Shown one piece after another: positions 1-19,129 of a stretch of 64,000 nucleotides of DNA. Below the pieces are notes generated by a model. It did not search any database. It was not told where the DNA came from and saw only the letters and a list, made by a program, of their open reading frames with translations. Where the stretch lies: assembly GCF_009914755.1 (NCBI RefSeq), contig NC_060931.1. One strand, given 5' to 3'. This DNA comes from the human T2T-CHM13v2.0 reference genome, Homo sapiens. A program made the position numbers and the translations under genes. Every line of letters begins with the position of its first letter. Position 1 is the stretch's first letter.

Positions 1-1059
1 CATACAACAACCCTATTTTTATTTTCACTGTTACCCTTATTTTGCTGGTGAGGAAACTTTGTCCAGTCGTCTGTGTCCGTATCAACTCTGGAACTATTCA
101 GGGCCTGGACTGCATAGCCATGCATGGTGGCCCTGAGATGCGCAGAACTAGGGCTAGCCTGAGCCACTTTGCTCCACCTTTCAGTGTCAGGATTGGCAGG
201 AATGTTTAAATAGAGTCATGTAAGGCTAGAGTCCGGGTTTCTCACAGGGATTTGAGCTTCTGTGTGAAGGTATGTGAAACCCCTGGATAAATATGACACA
301 TCTTAGCTTGACCATTTTACCTCACTTTCATCCATGCTTACGTCCAGAGTGCCTGTCCCTTATGAAACTCTGCCTGCTCCATTTTGAAAGAGGTAAGTGG
401 GGCTCTCCTGCTTTCCCCGCCTCTGTAGAATACATAGAGAGAGGAGAGCTGCAGAAGAGTAAACCACTGGACAACTTTTGGGAGGCATTAGGTATGAGTA
501 CCCAAGTAGAAGCACTGACTTCTCTGTCCCCTGAATTTTCTGCACACATAGAAAGTGTCACCTGAGATGAGAGTTGAGGGTACAGGGATGATGAGAGCAC
601 GCAGCATGCTGGCGGGTTCACTGATTGCTGCTCTTATTATGGTTCTAAGGCAGTGTTAAATTAGCCAATTAATAAAAATGAACACACCATTGGAAGCTAC
701 ATTTGTGTGGGGTTTTTTGTTGTTGTTATTAAACTGGCTAATTTAACACCATCCTAGAGTGGTAGTGATGGTAATAGCAGCAGCCCACGAGTTCAGAAGA
801 AGGTGGGGGTGATTCCCTCCCAAGCTTTCCCAGGCATTGCTGTGTGCTCTATGTCTTTACTCTGTGAGGAAACGGGATAAACAATAGCTAGACGTCCGCT
901 GGCAGTCTTGGGACTCTGCAGTGTGCTAGCCAGATCCCTATCATCATGGCTATACCACTTAGGAGTGTTTCCCTGGCAGACTGCATTGCAGTCATTTTTA
1001 TATACACATTCCTACACATGTAGCTGTCTATGTATGTCTTCATCCCTGGGTACCATTCT

Positions 1060-1537
1060 ATTCTAACAGTGGCTTTCCATTTGACTCAGAGTGCAAGCTG
1101 GGTTCTTACTGTGGCCTGGAAGTGTGGCCTGTCTTCCCTGTGTTTTGTTTCCTCTCTCTGACCTCATCTCCTGCTCTTCCCACTTCACTGCCTCTACTCC
1201 TGTGTTGGGGCCTTTGCACTCTCTTCTGGATATCCTTAGGTTCAGTCCTTCTACTACTTCAGATCTTTGGTCAAATGCTACTTTCTCAATAAATGTTTCT
1301 CCAACCGTCCTCTTTAAAATCGCAAAACTACCCCATTCCCTCTCCCTCTTCCATAGCACTGTCACCATCCAACATGGTATGCATTTTACTGGCTTGTCTG
1401 TCTCTCTCCACCAGGATGTTAAATTGCGAGAAGGTGAGGATTTTGGTCTGTTTTGTTCATTGCTATGTATATCTCCCCAGCATGTAGAACAATGCCTGGC
1501 ACATGGTAGGCACTTGATACATATTTGTTGAATGAAT
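1060..1537 (+). mobile_element. L2 (LINE-2) 3' end remnant
   Basis: Ends in agaacaatgcctggcacatggtaggcacttgatacatatttgttgaatgaat, the typical L2 terminus. Start is approximate. Confidence 0.8.
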
Positions 1538-4500
1538 TGGCTCTAGTAGCCATGGTATTCCCCTATGATATGGAAATCTATGTTGTATCAGTTTTCATTT
1601 CACTCATTACTGGGTAAACATCACCCAGCAGAAGAGTTCATTGATGTTCCCTCTGGTTCCCCTGTTGCCTCTCGTCTGCTATCTATTCTTGCCCAGGTGG
1701 AAAAGAAGGAAGTGGAAACAGATCTGTTCTTCTAGCTGCTGGCCATTCGTCTCTGGAACTTACCGGGTGGCAAGACCAATCTAGCAGCACCTCTGCTTCT
1801 GTCGCTGCTTTCCCAGGCTCACATTACAATATCTAGGCCAATATTATCATTGCTGTCACAGACACCCTGTTTTTCTTAAGCTTCTAAAATGGATTCTCAT
1901 TGCTAATTTCCTAGCACGATGGTGGGCATAGGCAGTACCTAAGACAGATAGTAAGTGCATCGTGTGGGACTACCCGCATTCACTTTATTGGTCCTTCCTC
2001 ACTAAATGCCATTAGCAGCACACCGTCCCACCCCAGCTATTGCCACAACCAAAAATGACACCCAGCCCACACAAAACGTACACATTAGAAAACACTCTTT
2101 GGAGGTTGATACTGTTCCTCCTTGCAGATCTCCAATCTCTGGTAGAAGAAAGCAAGCATTGAATTACAGTCATCTAGAAAAGGGTGGAGTGCAGAAGTTT
2201 TGCTGAGCATTGAGTCTCCACCTGAGGTTAAGTAATGATGAATAATTAATAAAGTGCAATCAGCCTGGTTATATGAGGTTCTCCATTCAGCTATATTCTG
2301 TAGCCCTAGGCTTATCAGTAGCTGAGAAAATAGACATTAAATCTGTATCCACCATGATTCCTTTGTGTTGATGTAGGAAGAACAAATGGACCAGGTTGCA
2401 ATCTATATTCAGATCTTCCCTGTGTTGTATTTTAGGAGAGAGATTAGGACCAGACTGAGAGTCTTTAAGGGATTATATCAGGTGCTGCAGTGCTACAGTG
2501 AAATTGAAATGAAAACTCAACTTCTGTGAGTTTCAATACTATTCTGCCAGCTGCCCAGAAACATCCTGGGATAAAGCTTAGGGGAATCCCAAGAGAAGTT
2601 TGGTCTTGGGAGAAGAATTTTTTAGTACCAAATGTGTCCATTCCTCTCCACCTGGACTTGGGAGGTGTAGGCACATCTCTGGCAGAGGGTGCCTCAAACC
2701 CTAACAAAGTCAGCTTTCCTTCTTCCTGCCAAGAGAGGGCATTAATTAAATACAGCCCTATCATTTTGGACAGTGTAAATTCACTCGTATGTGGGTCCAC
2801 TGTATGTTTTTCCACAGCCCTAGCATTTTATCCTGATTGTTACTAAATGTATAAATAATGTAAAATATATACATACCTGCTTCACAAAATTAAAACTACA
2901 ATACTTGGTTAACTTAGGAAGATCTAGTTGTAATATATTACATAAGTGTATTTTCTAAAAGAATCAATGAGGATTTTTTTCATACAGTAACTACAAATGG
3001 TGTTTACTTACATATTTTCTTCTTTACAAATAAAGCTGTATGATAGTAAGATCTAGATCCAGGCATCTTTATTCCGAGCCACTTGAAAAGCAAGCTGAAA
3101 CTTGAGAACAGAAGAAACCTTAGGATGATAGCACAACAAATAAAATTAAATTCTTTGATTAAGTGTTTGCCACTGTAAAAAACACGTGCAAAAGCACTCA
3201 TTTTCAAGAGAGGAGGGAAGAAAGCAGAACCTAAACCCAAAACAACCAAAATTTAAATACTACTTTTGCCATGTGAAATTGTCTAATCAGCCTCATTTTC
3301 TTCTATTGCCGTCATCAGCTTCTGTTTGTTCTGATGCTTCATTTTTAGTATCGTTGTGGGCTTATGAAAGCAGAAAGATTGCCTGAGTTGGAACAAGCTT
3401 TTCTACCATTTCCTATGTGTCCATTCTCAACCAGAATAAATCAGTGCAAATGCCAGTGTCCACTCCCTCGCCAGACCTTTGAGACCTAGTTGGAAGAAAA
3501 AGGGTATATTTTATCAAGCTACGTGAAAATCAACAGGACACCCTCCTGCAACAACAGAGTTGCCCTTTGTTGGCCGAAGCGCCTCTTATCATTACCTGTG
3601 AGAGCTGATTGGCCTGAATGCTCTCAGCACCTGCCCTGTGCATCACGTGATCGGATCCTATAAGTATCCTAAGATCATATTGCACAACTCTTAGAAATGA
3701 GTGAGAGAATTTAAAGGTAGAACAGCTACATTGGTACACATAATTTATGCCTTTTCTTGAGGTTACTAAAAAGAAAAAGTATTCCAGAGAGTTCTAATAT
3801 AAAGCTGAGGAACTCTTTGTATAAGGGAGTATGATGTGTTCTCTCTCTGCTTGGAATTGCTGTGCTGGAAGGAAGATGGGGAAAGGGAATGAATATAGTC
3901 AAATAAATTAAGCCTTGAAACCCAAATAGTGCTGTGTAAGCAAACTGACTGCAAATCAAACAGAGGAGTGTTAGCAAAAGAATACACGATCTTGGTTGAG
4001 GCTGAACAAAACCAGGTTCTTTGTATATACGTATATATTTCTCTGGACGTGTGCAGAGTTGTTGCATTTCTACTCCCTTAATCTCAGACATCTTTGGCAA
4101 AATGTGTTATCTGTCCATGAAGAAGAAAACTGAAGAGTGTATTTCCCCCAAATGGCAAAGCGTAGGCTTTATCAAATGTAGACATGCCTGTTGGCAACAG
4201 AAAGCAGGATGTGTATGGCTTTTCTGTCTTTAGGAATGCCCATGTTTCCTATGTTTCTTACCATTTTTCTGGCTAGCATATAAATCTGAAAGGTTAGGTT
4301 ATGGTGTGGGTCATAACCATCAGGCCCAGTCTATTCTCCATCCCCACTCTGCAGGCAGCTCTGACACTATTTCTGGAGCAAGCATTGAAAACTATCCGAC
4401 TGTCTGGTTTTGTAGATGAGGAAACAGCACAAAGAAATGGAGTGGCATTGTCATAGTTACAGACTGTGTGAGTGGCAAAACAGAGGCTTCATCCACTGGA

Positions 4501-4921
4501 CTTTCAGCTCTACAACTTGCAATCAGGCATAACATGTTCTTAACTTGCCTTTTTGAAATGACACCTCTCTGAGCCAAAGCTTCTCTAAGCATCAGTTCAA
4601 ATGACTCCATGATCTCTTAGAGTCTGTAAAAAACTTGAGAGTAGAACATATTTTCTTCCTTCTTAGAACCTCAAGTCAAATCAACAATTACTTTATATTT
4701 ATTGTGATGATCGCATTCTGTTTGATCTATTTTTCTCTAAGTTGTTAAACAGCCTTTGGCTAAAATCATTATGTTCTGACCTGAACAAGGAGATTGGGGC
4801 AGCTCTATTCTAAGCTGTGTGAAAATGCAAAGCATGGGCAGGGTGCAGCAAGTTGTTCACTTTGGATGGAATGTGGATGGTGGCTGAGTACCCAGAGATA
4901 AGACTAGAGCGGCATATTTCT

Positions 4922-8634
<3,713 letters not shown>

Positions 8635-8635
8635 T

Positions 8636-8830
8636 AACGGGGCACTAGTGGCATTTGGGTGGAACATTTCCTCCTTGTGGAGGACTTCCCATGAATTGCA
8701 GGATGTTTACCCCTTAGCTTCCCTTCCCAAATCCTGTAGCACCCTTCTGCAATCAGAAACACTGAGAACCTCAGTCAGTCACCCTCGGTTTCCCCCATGC
8801 TCCCAGTGGGTGTTGCACAGTCATTAGATC
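8636..8830. mobile_element. Old hAT-Charlie-like MITE remnant at the L1 insertion site
   Basis: ggggcactagtggcatttgggtggaaca...attgcaggatgttta resembles MER20/MER117-type elements. The family is uncertain. Confidence 0.4.
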
Positions 8831-9589
8831 TGTTGGTTGGTTGGTGAGAGTGCTGGAGAAGGCAGAAGGTCGAAACGGAGGCAATACTGAAAGCATAGTT
8901 CTCCTGGTTTAGGAGCTAGCACTCTCTTTCTCAGTAGGATCAGTATTTATTGACATGGAATCCAGAGAGAAAACTCTCATGCCACCTTGATGCTTCATGC
9001 ACAAGTTCGTGGCAGGGATGGGGGTGGTGGGAAAAAATGTGTTTGCTGAAATCACGATGGAGCAAATCAGCAAGGAATGTAATTTCTGCTTTCATGTAAC
9101 TATCACTTGTTGCCATCCATGCTGTATCTTTCAGGGAGCATGAATAACTATGGCTTGATGTACTCCCTTCCTGATTTCCCAGCTGTTGTCTGTTCTTCAT
9201 GCTTCACAAACTTCAGCCAGAAACATGTCCTAAGATCTAGGAGATGCAAGCCTTTTCTTCCTACTCAGCACCCTACCCTTGCTGGCTTATCCTCACTCCT
9301 GCCATGCTCTTTAGAATCCAAAGTATTCTCTAATTGTGTTGTATATATTTATCCATATTCAGTTTTTCTCGATATACCCTGCTTTTACATTAGTATACGG
9401 TTACTGTGCATTTGCCAGGAAACTATAGTTGCTAAAAAATATTTCCAAGAGATATCTGTTGACGTTGGTGAGGTCATTAGCTCTCTCATCACCAGTGTGG
9501 CCACCTTTAAGCCCTGGCTCGGACCATGATTAAATATGCTAAAACTCATCAGGAAGATTATCCTCTGTAAGTATTAATTTATATAATAA

Positions 9590-9775
9590 CACGTACTTCT
9601 CAGGGTGTTTTACTCTATGTATTTCCCCCTGGATGCTTATTACAATGCTGTGGGGTAGGAAGGGTTGCTCTTACCTCCATTTAACAAGTGAGAACACTAA
9701 GGCTCTGCGAGGTTATTAATTGGCCAGGGTCACACAGCTTTAATTAGGGATGGACCTGGCACTTACCACTCCACC
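9590..9775 (-). mobile_element. MIR SINE remnant
   Basis: MIR core in reverse orientation: acaagtgagaacactaaggctctgcgaggtt...ggccagggtcacacagct. Confidence 0.65.
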
Positions 9776-11116
9776 ATTTCCTCTCTCTCCTTTTCAGGGA
9801 CTGAGGGAGAAGACCAATTTGATTTGTCCTCTTTAGATGTCAGAACAATGTTGCTTTTTTTCAAAGAATATTTTAAGCTTTTCAGTTTCAATCTTCCATT
9901 GAGACAAGTTCTTTATCCTTCTGCTGGCAAATTGTGACCTCCTGTCAATCAAATATCTCTGTCCCCTTTCAATGACTCTACATTGGGTTTTGAAATTTGT
10001 CTCAGTAACACAGAGATCTGCAGTCTGTGTTGTCTGATATATGTATGTAATGTTGGGAAAAGCCATTTCCACAATAGTAGGAAGTTAAAAGATTTTTGTA
10101 AAGTGGGGATGAATTATAAAATAGTCCACTTTTTACTCTTCTAGCTCCCATTGAGTTTCTTTTTGTAAGGTTTGATTAGACATCGACAGAGGGAAGAAGA
10201 ATGCTGGGATAATGGTTCTCAGATCACAATTTAAATTAAAACCAAATCTGGTTGATATTGTGAAATGTTATGTTCATATAGTTTGCACACAGAGTCTGAA
10301 TAATTACCTTTTTCGATGTCTAAGAAATTATAACAGAACTTGTTGGAGGAAAGAGCACACAGGATGCAATTGTGTTTCACAAAGCCAGTTCCTTTTCTGG
10401 CTTAGAATCAAGAGTAGCAGGAAGACTGGCTTGTGCTCTCCCAAGCATAACACAACAGATCCAACATCTCCTGAACTGGGCTGTGGTTCTCAGAAGAAAA
10501 TCAAGGGCCCTGGCAGGGCACATATAGTTTGTTTTTGCCCCCAACTCCCCAAATCCTTGGCTTCCTTCTATTGTAAACATCTGGAGCAGAATCAGCAACC
10601 GCCCCCACAGTTGTGCTTGAGGTATGGTCCTCTGGGCAGCTTTTACTCAGTCTTTACGACTCAACTCCATCCAGAGTTGCCTCCTGCACGTCCTTCTCTA
10701 CCTCCTCTGTGTTCACCCACCATCTTTTGCTGCCTCTGCTATTGCCTAGTCCACTACCTAGTAACTGTTCCTTTGCCTGGAGTTTTGACACTGGCAACAC
10801 AGTGGAAGTAAATAGTTGGTGGTGGGTAGGTGGGTTCTGAGTCCTGAGGAAGAGGATTACAGTAGAATGTACATTTCTCTGGTTAGTCATTACGGGTGCC
10901 TTGAACCTGGGAAGGGAGGAAGGTATACCGAGCTGCTTCCACCACATGTCCAAGCAGAACCAGCTAGCCCGCTTTCTGTCCCCTCAAACACTAGTGCAGT
11001 AACGTGCTGTATGGGAAGAAGTAAATGATTTAATATACAGATGCCTGGTTTCTGATCCTGGCTCCATTCGCTCGTATACAAAATGAGAAAGTTATACAAT
11101 AAGAACTCCAGCTTTA

Positions 11117-11486
<370 letters not shown>

Positions 11487-12499
11487 TCACATGTGAATTT
11501 TAGAATCACAGGAACAGTCTCAAATTCTGGATATGCCCTTTATAATCCCCGTGATCTAGGACAACTTGCTTAACCTATCTTTGCCTTAGTTTATCTTCTA
11601 TAAATTAGAGTTTCTCTAAGTATTACCTAGCATGATGCCTTTATTTAAAAAGTGCTTGATCCAGTGCCCTACGCAGCAGAAGGGTAATTTCACATTGTAG
11701 TCATTATTGTTATGTGAGTTTCTTCTCCAGTAGTCTATATAGTCACTTGTTGTACTTTAAAAAACTTTTAATTGTATGTGAACCTAGTTTTGATAATACA
11801 GCTATTTCCTATGTTTTTTTAAAGTCTATCATAGTCTATCAGATTATCTGTTCACTTGGGAAAAGACATCTAAAAACAGAATTCCTTTGGATAAATCAGG
11901 TAACCTAAGTAATATAAAGTTCATTCAACCTGAACTGACAGGATACAGTGGAAAGAACAACTGCCCATCAAAAGATAGGGTTTATAAGCTGCATTTTATT
12001 GCCAAGTTGCCATGTGACCTTGTGTAAGTCATTGAACTTCTCTTATTTCCAGTAACGTCCTCTGTAAAAATAAGGAGTTTGGACTCGATTTCTAAGGTTC
12101 TTTCTCCAGCTATAACATTTTGTGATTCTGTGAATGCTTAGGTGATACATGAAGATGTCTTTGCTGTCACTGTCTTTTCCTTTTTAGGCAGGGAAACTAG
12201 GAAAGATAGGCAGTGTGATTTTCTTTCTCAAGTTTTTTTTTAAGTTCTGCGTGTCACAGAATGGTAGTCAAACACATATTTTCTAGGTCCTTTATACATG
12301 AACTTGTATGAAAGTATATCACAGTCTCTCATTTTCTGTTGAGCACTTGCTGTTAATCCCTTTTCAATTTTATCTTGGTAACTTTAACCCCTGATTCTTG
12401 CCTGATTGAGTTTGTATGTTTGTCCTCTCATGTGATATGTATATTAAATACATACATCTGCAATGCCTTCACCTCAGCTGTTAATAAAAATCCTGATTA

Positions 12500-12685
<186 letters not shown>

Positions 12686-13407
12686 TCACCTGATCGTCTT
12701 TACAGGACCACAAAAGCAGTGAATTCAAATACTCAGATTTATTCATTCTTTCAACAATCTTTAATGAGCTTCTTCCCAGCCCCAAGCCACCCTTTGCAGA
12801 CTGATTGTTTTGCTGGAGTTCAGCACAGAGTTATTTCGATGTCACTTTTCCCTGTGGCTCAGTTTCTTTGCTGTTGGGGTGGTCACCAACCATTTTACAA
12901 ATCTTAGAAGGCTATAGGCTTTCTCCCTAGAAAATGCCAGATAGATGAAGAAAGAAAAAGGTTTGTAACCAGCAAAGGAAGGAGAGAGGGCTGTGAAAAA
13001 GCATCGTTATTCAGAAGGATAAATAGTTTATTATGGCTGTCATGTCTGCTAGAAGAGGGACAGTGGTTAAAGGTAAGTTTGGAAAGTCAGATATCCCAGT
13101 CTTAGAAGGGCCTTGTGTCTGTGCAAGGTTGTTTAGATTGTACCACATAGATCAGTTGTTGGTGACGCTGAGTCTTAGACATTCTCAGTAAATAATGAAT
13201 CTGAAGAGTACAAGGTAATCTTCTCTTCAGAAAATACATACAAAGATGTTCATATAATTTCACTGGGTTTACAAACACCAGCCTCTCTCCCCTAAGCCCA
13301 TTCTTGACCCCTAGTTTAGGAACTCCTAAGGTAAGTTATCAGAAGCAATGAAAGATAGGTGATACATTGTCATTAAAATAAATTTAAATGTGACTTATAT
13401 ACAATAA

Positions 13408-13751
<344 letters not shown>

Positions 13752-13932
13752 TGATGAATTTTTATATATGAATGTAATTTCAAGTAAACACCATACATGA
13801 AGATATGAAGTATTTCTAACACTCCACAGGACCCTCCTGGTGCTCCCCTCAAAGATAACCAGTATCCTTTCCGACCTCGGTCATCATAGATTAGTTTTGT
13901 CTAGTTTTTAGGTTTTTTGCAGGGGGCGGTGA

Positions 13933-14598
<666 letters not shown>

Positions 14599-14639
14599 TA
14601 GCAGAAAGTCATCTTTTTTCATTGCATTATGTAATTTTC

Positions 14640-15240
14640 AAAGATCCCTTTGACTGCTGTATGGAGACAAGATTGGAGAGGGCCCAAATGAGGTGAGGAA
14701 GTCTGGCTGGGAGGTGGTTGCCATGTGTCTGAGAAGAGGTGTGCAGCCTGCCTAGGCCGCAGAGTGGGAATGAAGAGGAAGGAGCAGCCCTGTTTAAGGA
14801 GGCTTTAAACCTGGTTGGTGCTTTGATAGTAGAGCATGAGGAAGAGAGAGGTCAGTTTTCTGGCTTGTTAATAACACAAGGTTTGATGAGGTCAGTTTTG
14901 ACAACTTGGATGTTAGATGACTGTGAGTGTTTGCAGGTCCAGATGAATTCAATAGAAATGTCAGAAATGGAGATTAAAACTTTGAGAGTCATCAGCTTAT
15001 AGTGGAATTGGAAGCACAGAGAGCAAATGATTGCCTAGGGACTGGATTTGGAGTGGGAAGCAGCTAAGAACAGACCATTGTGATGTTCGGAGGCTTCTGA
15101 ACTGTCAGAAAAGAGGATCTGACAGCAGAGGCTTAGATTGAGAAGAGGTAGGAAGGGCACTAGGAGGAAGGGCAAACAAAGCAGCCAAGCCAAGGGCAGA
15201 GGAGTGGGTTAGAACTGTCAAATGTCAATGATTTGGGAAG
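14640..15240 (-). mobile_element. L2 remnant
   Basis: Purine-rich L2 antisense signature aagatccctttgactgctgtatggag...gagagtcatcagc. Boundaries are approximate. Confidence 0.55.
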
Positions 15241-17005
15241 AGGAGGCTTTGAAGCTACCTGAGGTGAGGTGGTCTCTAACATCTCTCCTCTTCCCAGCCA
15301 CACCCATTCACTGCTCCTGTTCACCAACCTCATTCTTTTGGTTCTGCTCTACCTATAGCTTTGTACTGTGTCATATCTATGTGTGTGCCTATCTTCCACA
15401 ATGACCTGTGTGGATTCTTGAAGGAGAGACACCATATTACTCCCCCTTCTCATTCCTTTCCAAAATTTAGCAGAGCTGACCTTTTATGTATTAAGTGGTC
15501 ACTATGTCCAAATTGCCTTTGTTTCTAAAGCAGCCCTGAATTGAGTGGCCTTCCCTGGCCTGACCACCTGAACCTCTGTGGGGGCTGTCTTGCTAAGGAA
15601 GCTTGTGTACAGCCTGGCTATGTTTCTGCCTTTTGTCAGGGGACAGGGAGGTTGAAAACCCAGCTCTGCAGAGTCTCAGTAGCAGCAGACAGTACTGCCT
15701 CTCTGGGAGTGCTACTGTCTTCCAGCAAGCTAGGTGGCTTCTTCACTTACATAAGATGTGTGTGTTCTGGCAGGGAAGAGCTGCCTGAGTGAGTGTTTAG
15801 CAAAAATGATTTGTGTGGAGTTATTTTGAGACCCCAGGGAAGGGAATGGCAGCCAAAGCCTGCAGTATTTTAAACCACATCACTCATCCACAAAGATTTA
15901 ATACGATACAGCATCTCAGCTAGAATATTGGTGAAGAGAAGTAAGAATGTTAGGGTCCCATCAGATTATAAATGCCCGTTATCTCCATCCACGCAAGGTG
16001 AATTTGGAGTGGTTTGGATCAAACTTGGTACTTGAAGATTCGTTCATGCTCCTTCTTTGATCTTGTCTGCCCTGGAAATACCAAATAGAAGACAGAGTTG
16101 CTTGCTGGGGGGTTGGCCTGGGCTCCCTTTGGAGCAGCGATTTCATTGCCCTCTCTCATTCACTACCTCGGGAGCCATTTGGTTTCCAAGGAGATACAGA
16201 AATGAGCCCACTTTTTATGCCGGTCCAAAATACTGACATTATTTAGGTGATTGAGCTTCTTCAGATTCCAGGCTGTCTAGGAGAATTCCCCTTCCAAAGC
16301 ATTCACCTTTCCTCCTGACTCAGGCATGAACAGCTGTCTGCTAAGGGTGGGTGAATTCAAGAATATAGGATTTTCCAGTTTAGTGACATTAGGGGAGACA
16401 GCCTCCATATGAAACACTTCTCTTGTTTTTGTTTTTCTCTTGGCTGTTAGGCTGTGAAATTTGCCTCACCGCTCCCCCGCCCTTTTGCTGACAGCTGTCC
16501 TCTTTGCCATTCAGGAGCTGGTGTCTCCCTAGGATGGTTGACTGAGAAAGAAAAGGCCATCTTCCTTTGTCCCCTGGGTCTTGAGTTGTATTGCTGAAGA
16601 GCATCTTGTGTCAGGAGATCTAATTGCCTTCAGACCTGGGGGGATCCATTTGGGCCAGAGAGTGTCCAGGCACTTTGTGAATTGCAGAGGGAGTTACCCA
16701 AAGAGAAAAAGCCCTATTTGTGACTGGCCACTTGATTTTGTTTGTTTTGTTTTATATTTTTAGAGGACATACAATTTCTTTAATGATAAAAACTATGAAA
16801 ACCAAAATACATTGTTACACAAAAGAGGCACACACAAACCATACAGCTTTTCAGACTCCCCAAATTTCCCTACAAGGACGTGCAGCGCATCGTTTTTCCA
16901 TTAATTTAGGTGTTTTTGAGCAGGCCACTTGTTTACACCCCAGTATTGAGTTGAGTGTAGTAGGGAGACACTCAGGAGAAGCATTACTTGTGTTTGTATG
17001 TGTGG

Positions 17006-17091
17006 GCGCGCGCGCATGTGCGCACGCGCGTGTGTATGTGAGAGATTGACTCCCCTCGTGTGTGTGTGTGTGTGTGTAAGAGAGATTGACT

Positions 17092-17141
<50 letters not shown>

Positions 17142-17153
17142 TTGACTCCCCTC
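17006..17153. repeat. Compound repeat: alternating CG/TG tract, then three copies of gagagattgactcccctc separated by (GT)10 and (GT)18
   Basis: The 18-mer is at 17040-17057, 17080-17097 and 17136-17153, read directly. Confidence 0.95.
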
Positions 17154-19129
17154 TGCTTGCACCCCAGAGCAGCCAGCAATCAGAGTAAAAGGCTTCAGCT
17201 AAGTTTCTTTCTGCTTGTGATACTACACAAGAATGGCCTGACAGAGAGCAGGATTAAGATATGGTGGAGAGGGAACAAGGAACCAAAGTGAGTGAAAAGG
17301 CACAAACAAGCCAGCATCTACCAAAGTCGGCAGGATGGACAAAGGGAGCAGAGCAGGCAGCCAGCCTGGGGCTTTGGAAGACATGTGAAGGGTGTGAGGC
17401 TGGCAGATCACTACAGAAGGGGTGGCTCCTCTCTTTTGCCCTGGCATGAGACTTTCTTCTGTGCGCTGTAGCGCCGAGCACGCTACCCCGTTCTTCTCTC
17501 TGCTCCACTCCACTCTGACACCCCCACAGAGGTGCTCATGGCTGTTAGTAGGCAGGTCCGGCTCCATTCAGCATTCTTCCTACGTTCTTCCCAAATACCA
17601 GTTTCTGATTTGGGTCATTGTGACAGTTGCTATGTCCCACCATGGGCTTATACATGAGAGTTCAGCCCTCAGAGATGGCCACTGTGGTTTCCTTAGCCCC
17701 TCCTCCACCCTGTTCTCCTTTCCTCTCTTATTCCCCACCCTATTTCCTTGGGTGAGTGAGCACAGACAAGTGCACAAGCTCACACACACCCCTTGGCTGT
17801 CACAGGCACCAGGAACCCTGGTCGGGGAATGTGCTTTGTGGAGAGCTGTGTTCAGGAAGTTTACTCCTCCTCTCCGTAATCAGTCCTCGCCACTCCCTCC
17901 CCTGCCCCACCCTTATTAGAAATCCTGATTTCTGGCAAGCTTCCCATCCTGGTGCTGTCCTTCTTTTGTGCGGAGCACACTGGAGCAGCTTTCCTCTCCC
18001 TGGAAGACAGGCACAGCCTGATGGCACAAGTTAATACCTCCTGCATGGCTGCAAAAATAAAGACCAGATGCGGGTCTGTTGGGTACCTGATTTTCTCCCT
18101 CACTGCCCTCCTTCTTTTCAACTGAAGCTTTGTGTCCAGCATGACAGTTGAAATCCTGGTGCTTTGGTGCACTGTTGCCACACTGTGACAGGGGCTAAAA
18201 AGCTTCCGTTGAGTGCACTGCTGTGCCTTCCCTGTCCACTGGCCACAGTGGTGACTGAAATACTCATGTCTGCAATGTTGCATCAGTGGAAAGTAAAGGA
18301 TGCAGAAGTCCTTTTCTTTCCCTCAGGTCTCCCAACCAGGGAAAATCATCACTTCAGTAGAACAATCTTTCCCTGAATTCTGCAAAGTGAATTCTGGGCA
18401 GTGGTTTGGATTTGCTGTTCCTTTTTATCCCTTAAAGCCCAGTGAATGAGAGAAGGAAATGAATAGACTGCTTGTCACAACACCACCAGGGTCTCCACAG
18501 TGCCTGGGGCTGCTGCTGAGAGACAGAGAATGAAAGCTGGAATGGAGGCCGTGGAGGCAGGAAACCTTTGCTGGGACAGGCTCCACCTCCCCTACATGGT
18601 GTCTTGAGGGCTTCCCATTTCCTTCAGTCTGGGGATTCCGCCCGCACTAATGGAGCTGTCTCTTGCTGCAGCATGCTTCCTGGAGGAAAAGTCCAACTCT
18701 GCCTGGCCACACAGAGAGAAGACTGATATGCAGTCTCTCCACACCCCTCCCCCGTTTATCCAACAAAGCAGCACATTTCACTGCGAACGCTTCCGGAGTC
18801 GGCTCTCAACAGTGCAGAAAAAGGGATGCTCCCTGTTGCACACTCCACCACCCCCATTGGACGTTTTTAATTAAATCAACTAGAAAGATATTTTCAGTTT
18901 GAAGATTCACTTCATCTTATGTAGGTTTAAAGAAGAAAGAAAAAGAGTAGAATGGTAAGAAATCAAAATTCACGTCTCATGAGGACCTTAGAAATGTTCA
19001 ACCCAGAGAAAATAAGACTTGAGAATGAGAAGAAATAGATGTTGCAAGTCTCTTCAAATATTTGAAAAGGTGTCAAATGGGTAATGCATGTTTTATATGG
19101 TCCGAAGGAATTGGACCAGATCTTAGAAG

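Noticed and set aside
10212-10811. 199-aa ATG-initiated ORF
   Set aside because: No recognisable domain or exon structure, and the composition is typical of random intronic ORFs.
17040-17153. CRISPR-like repeat-spacer array
   Set aside because: The spacers are simple (GT)n, the context is eukaryotic, and there are no cas genes.
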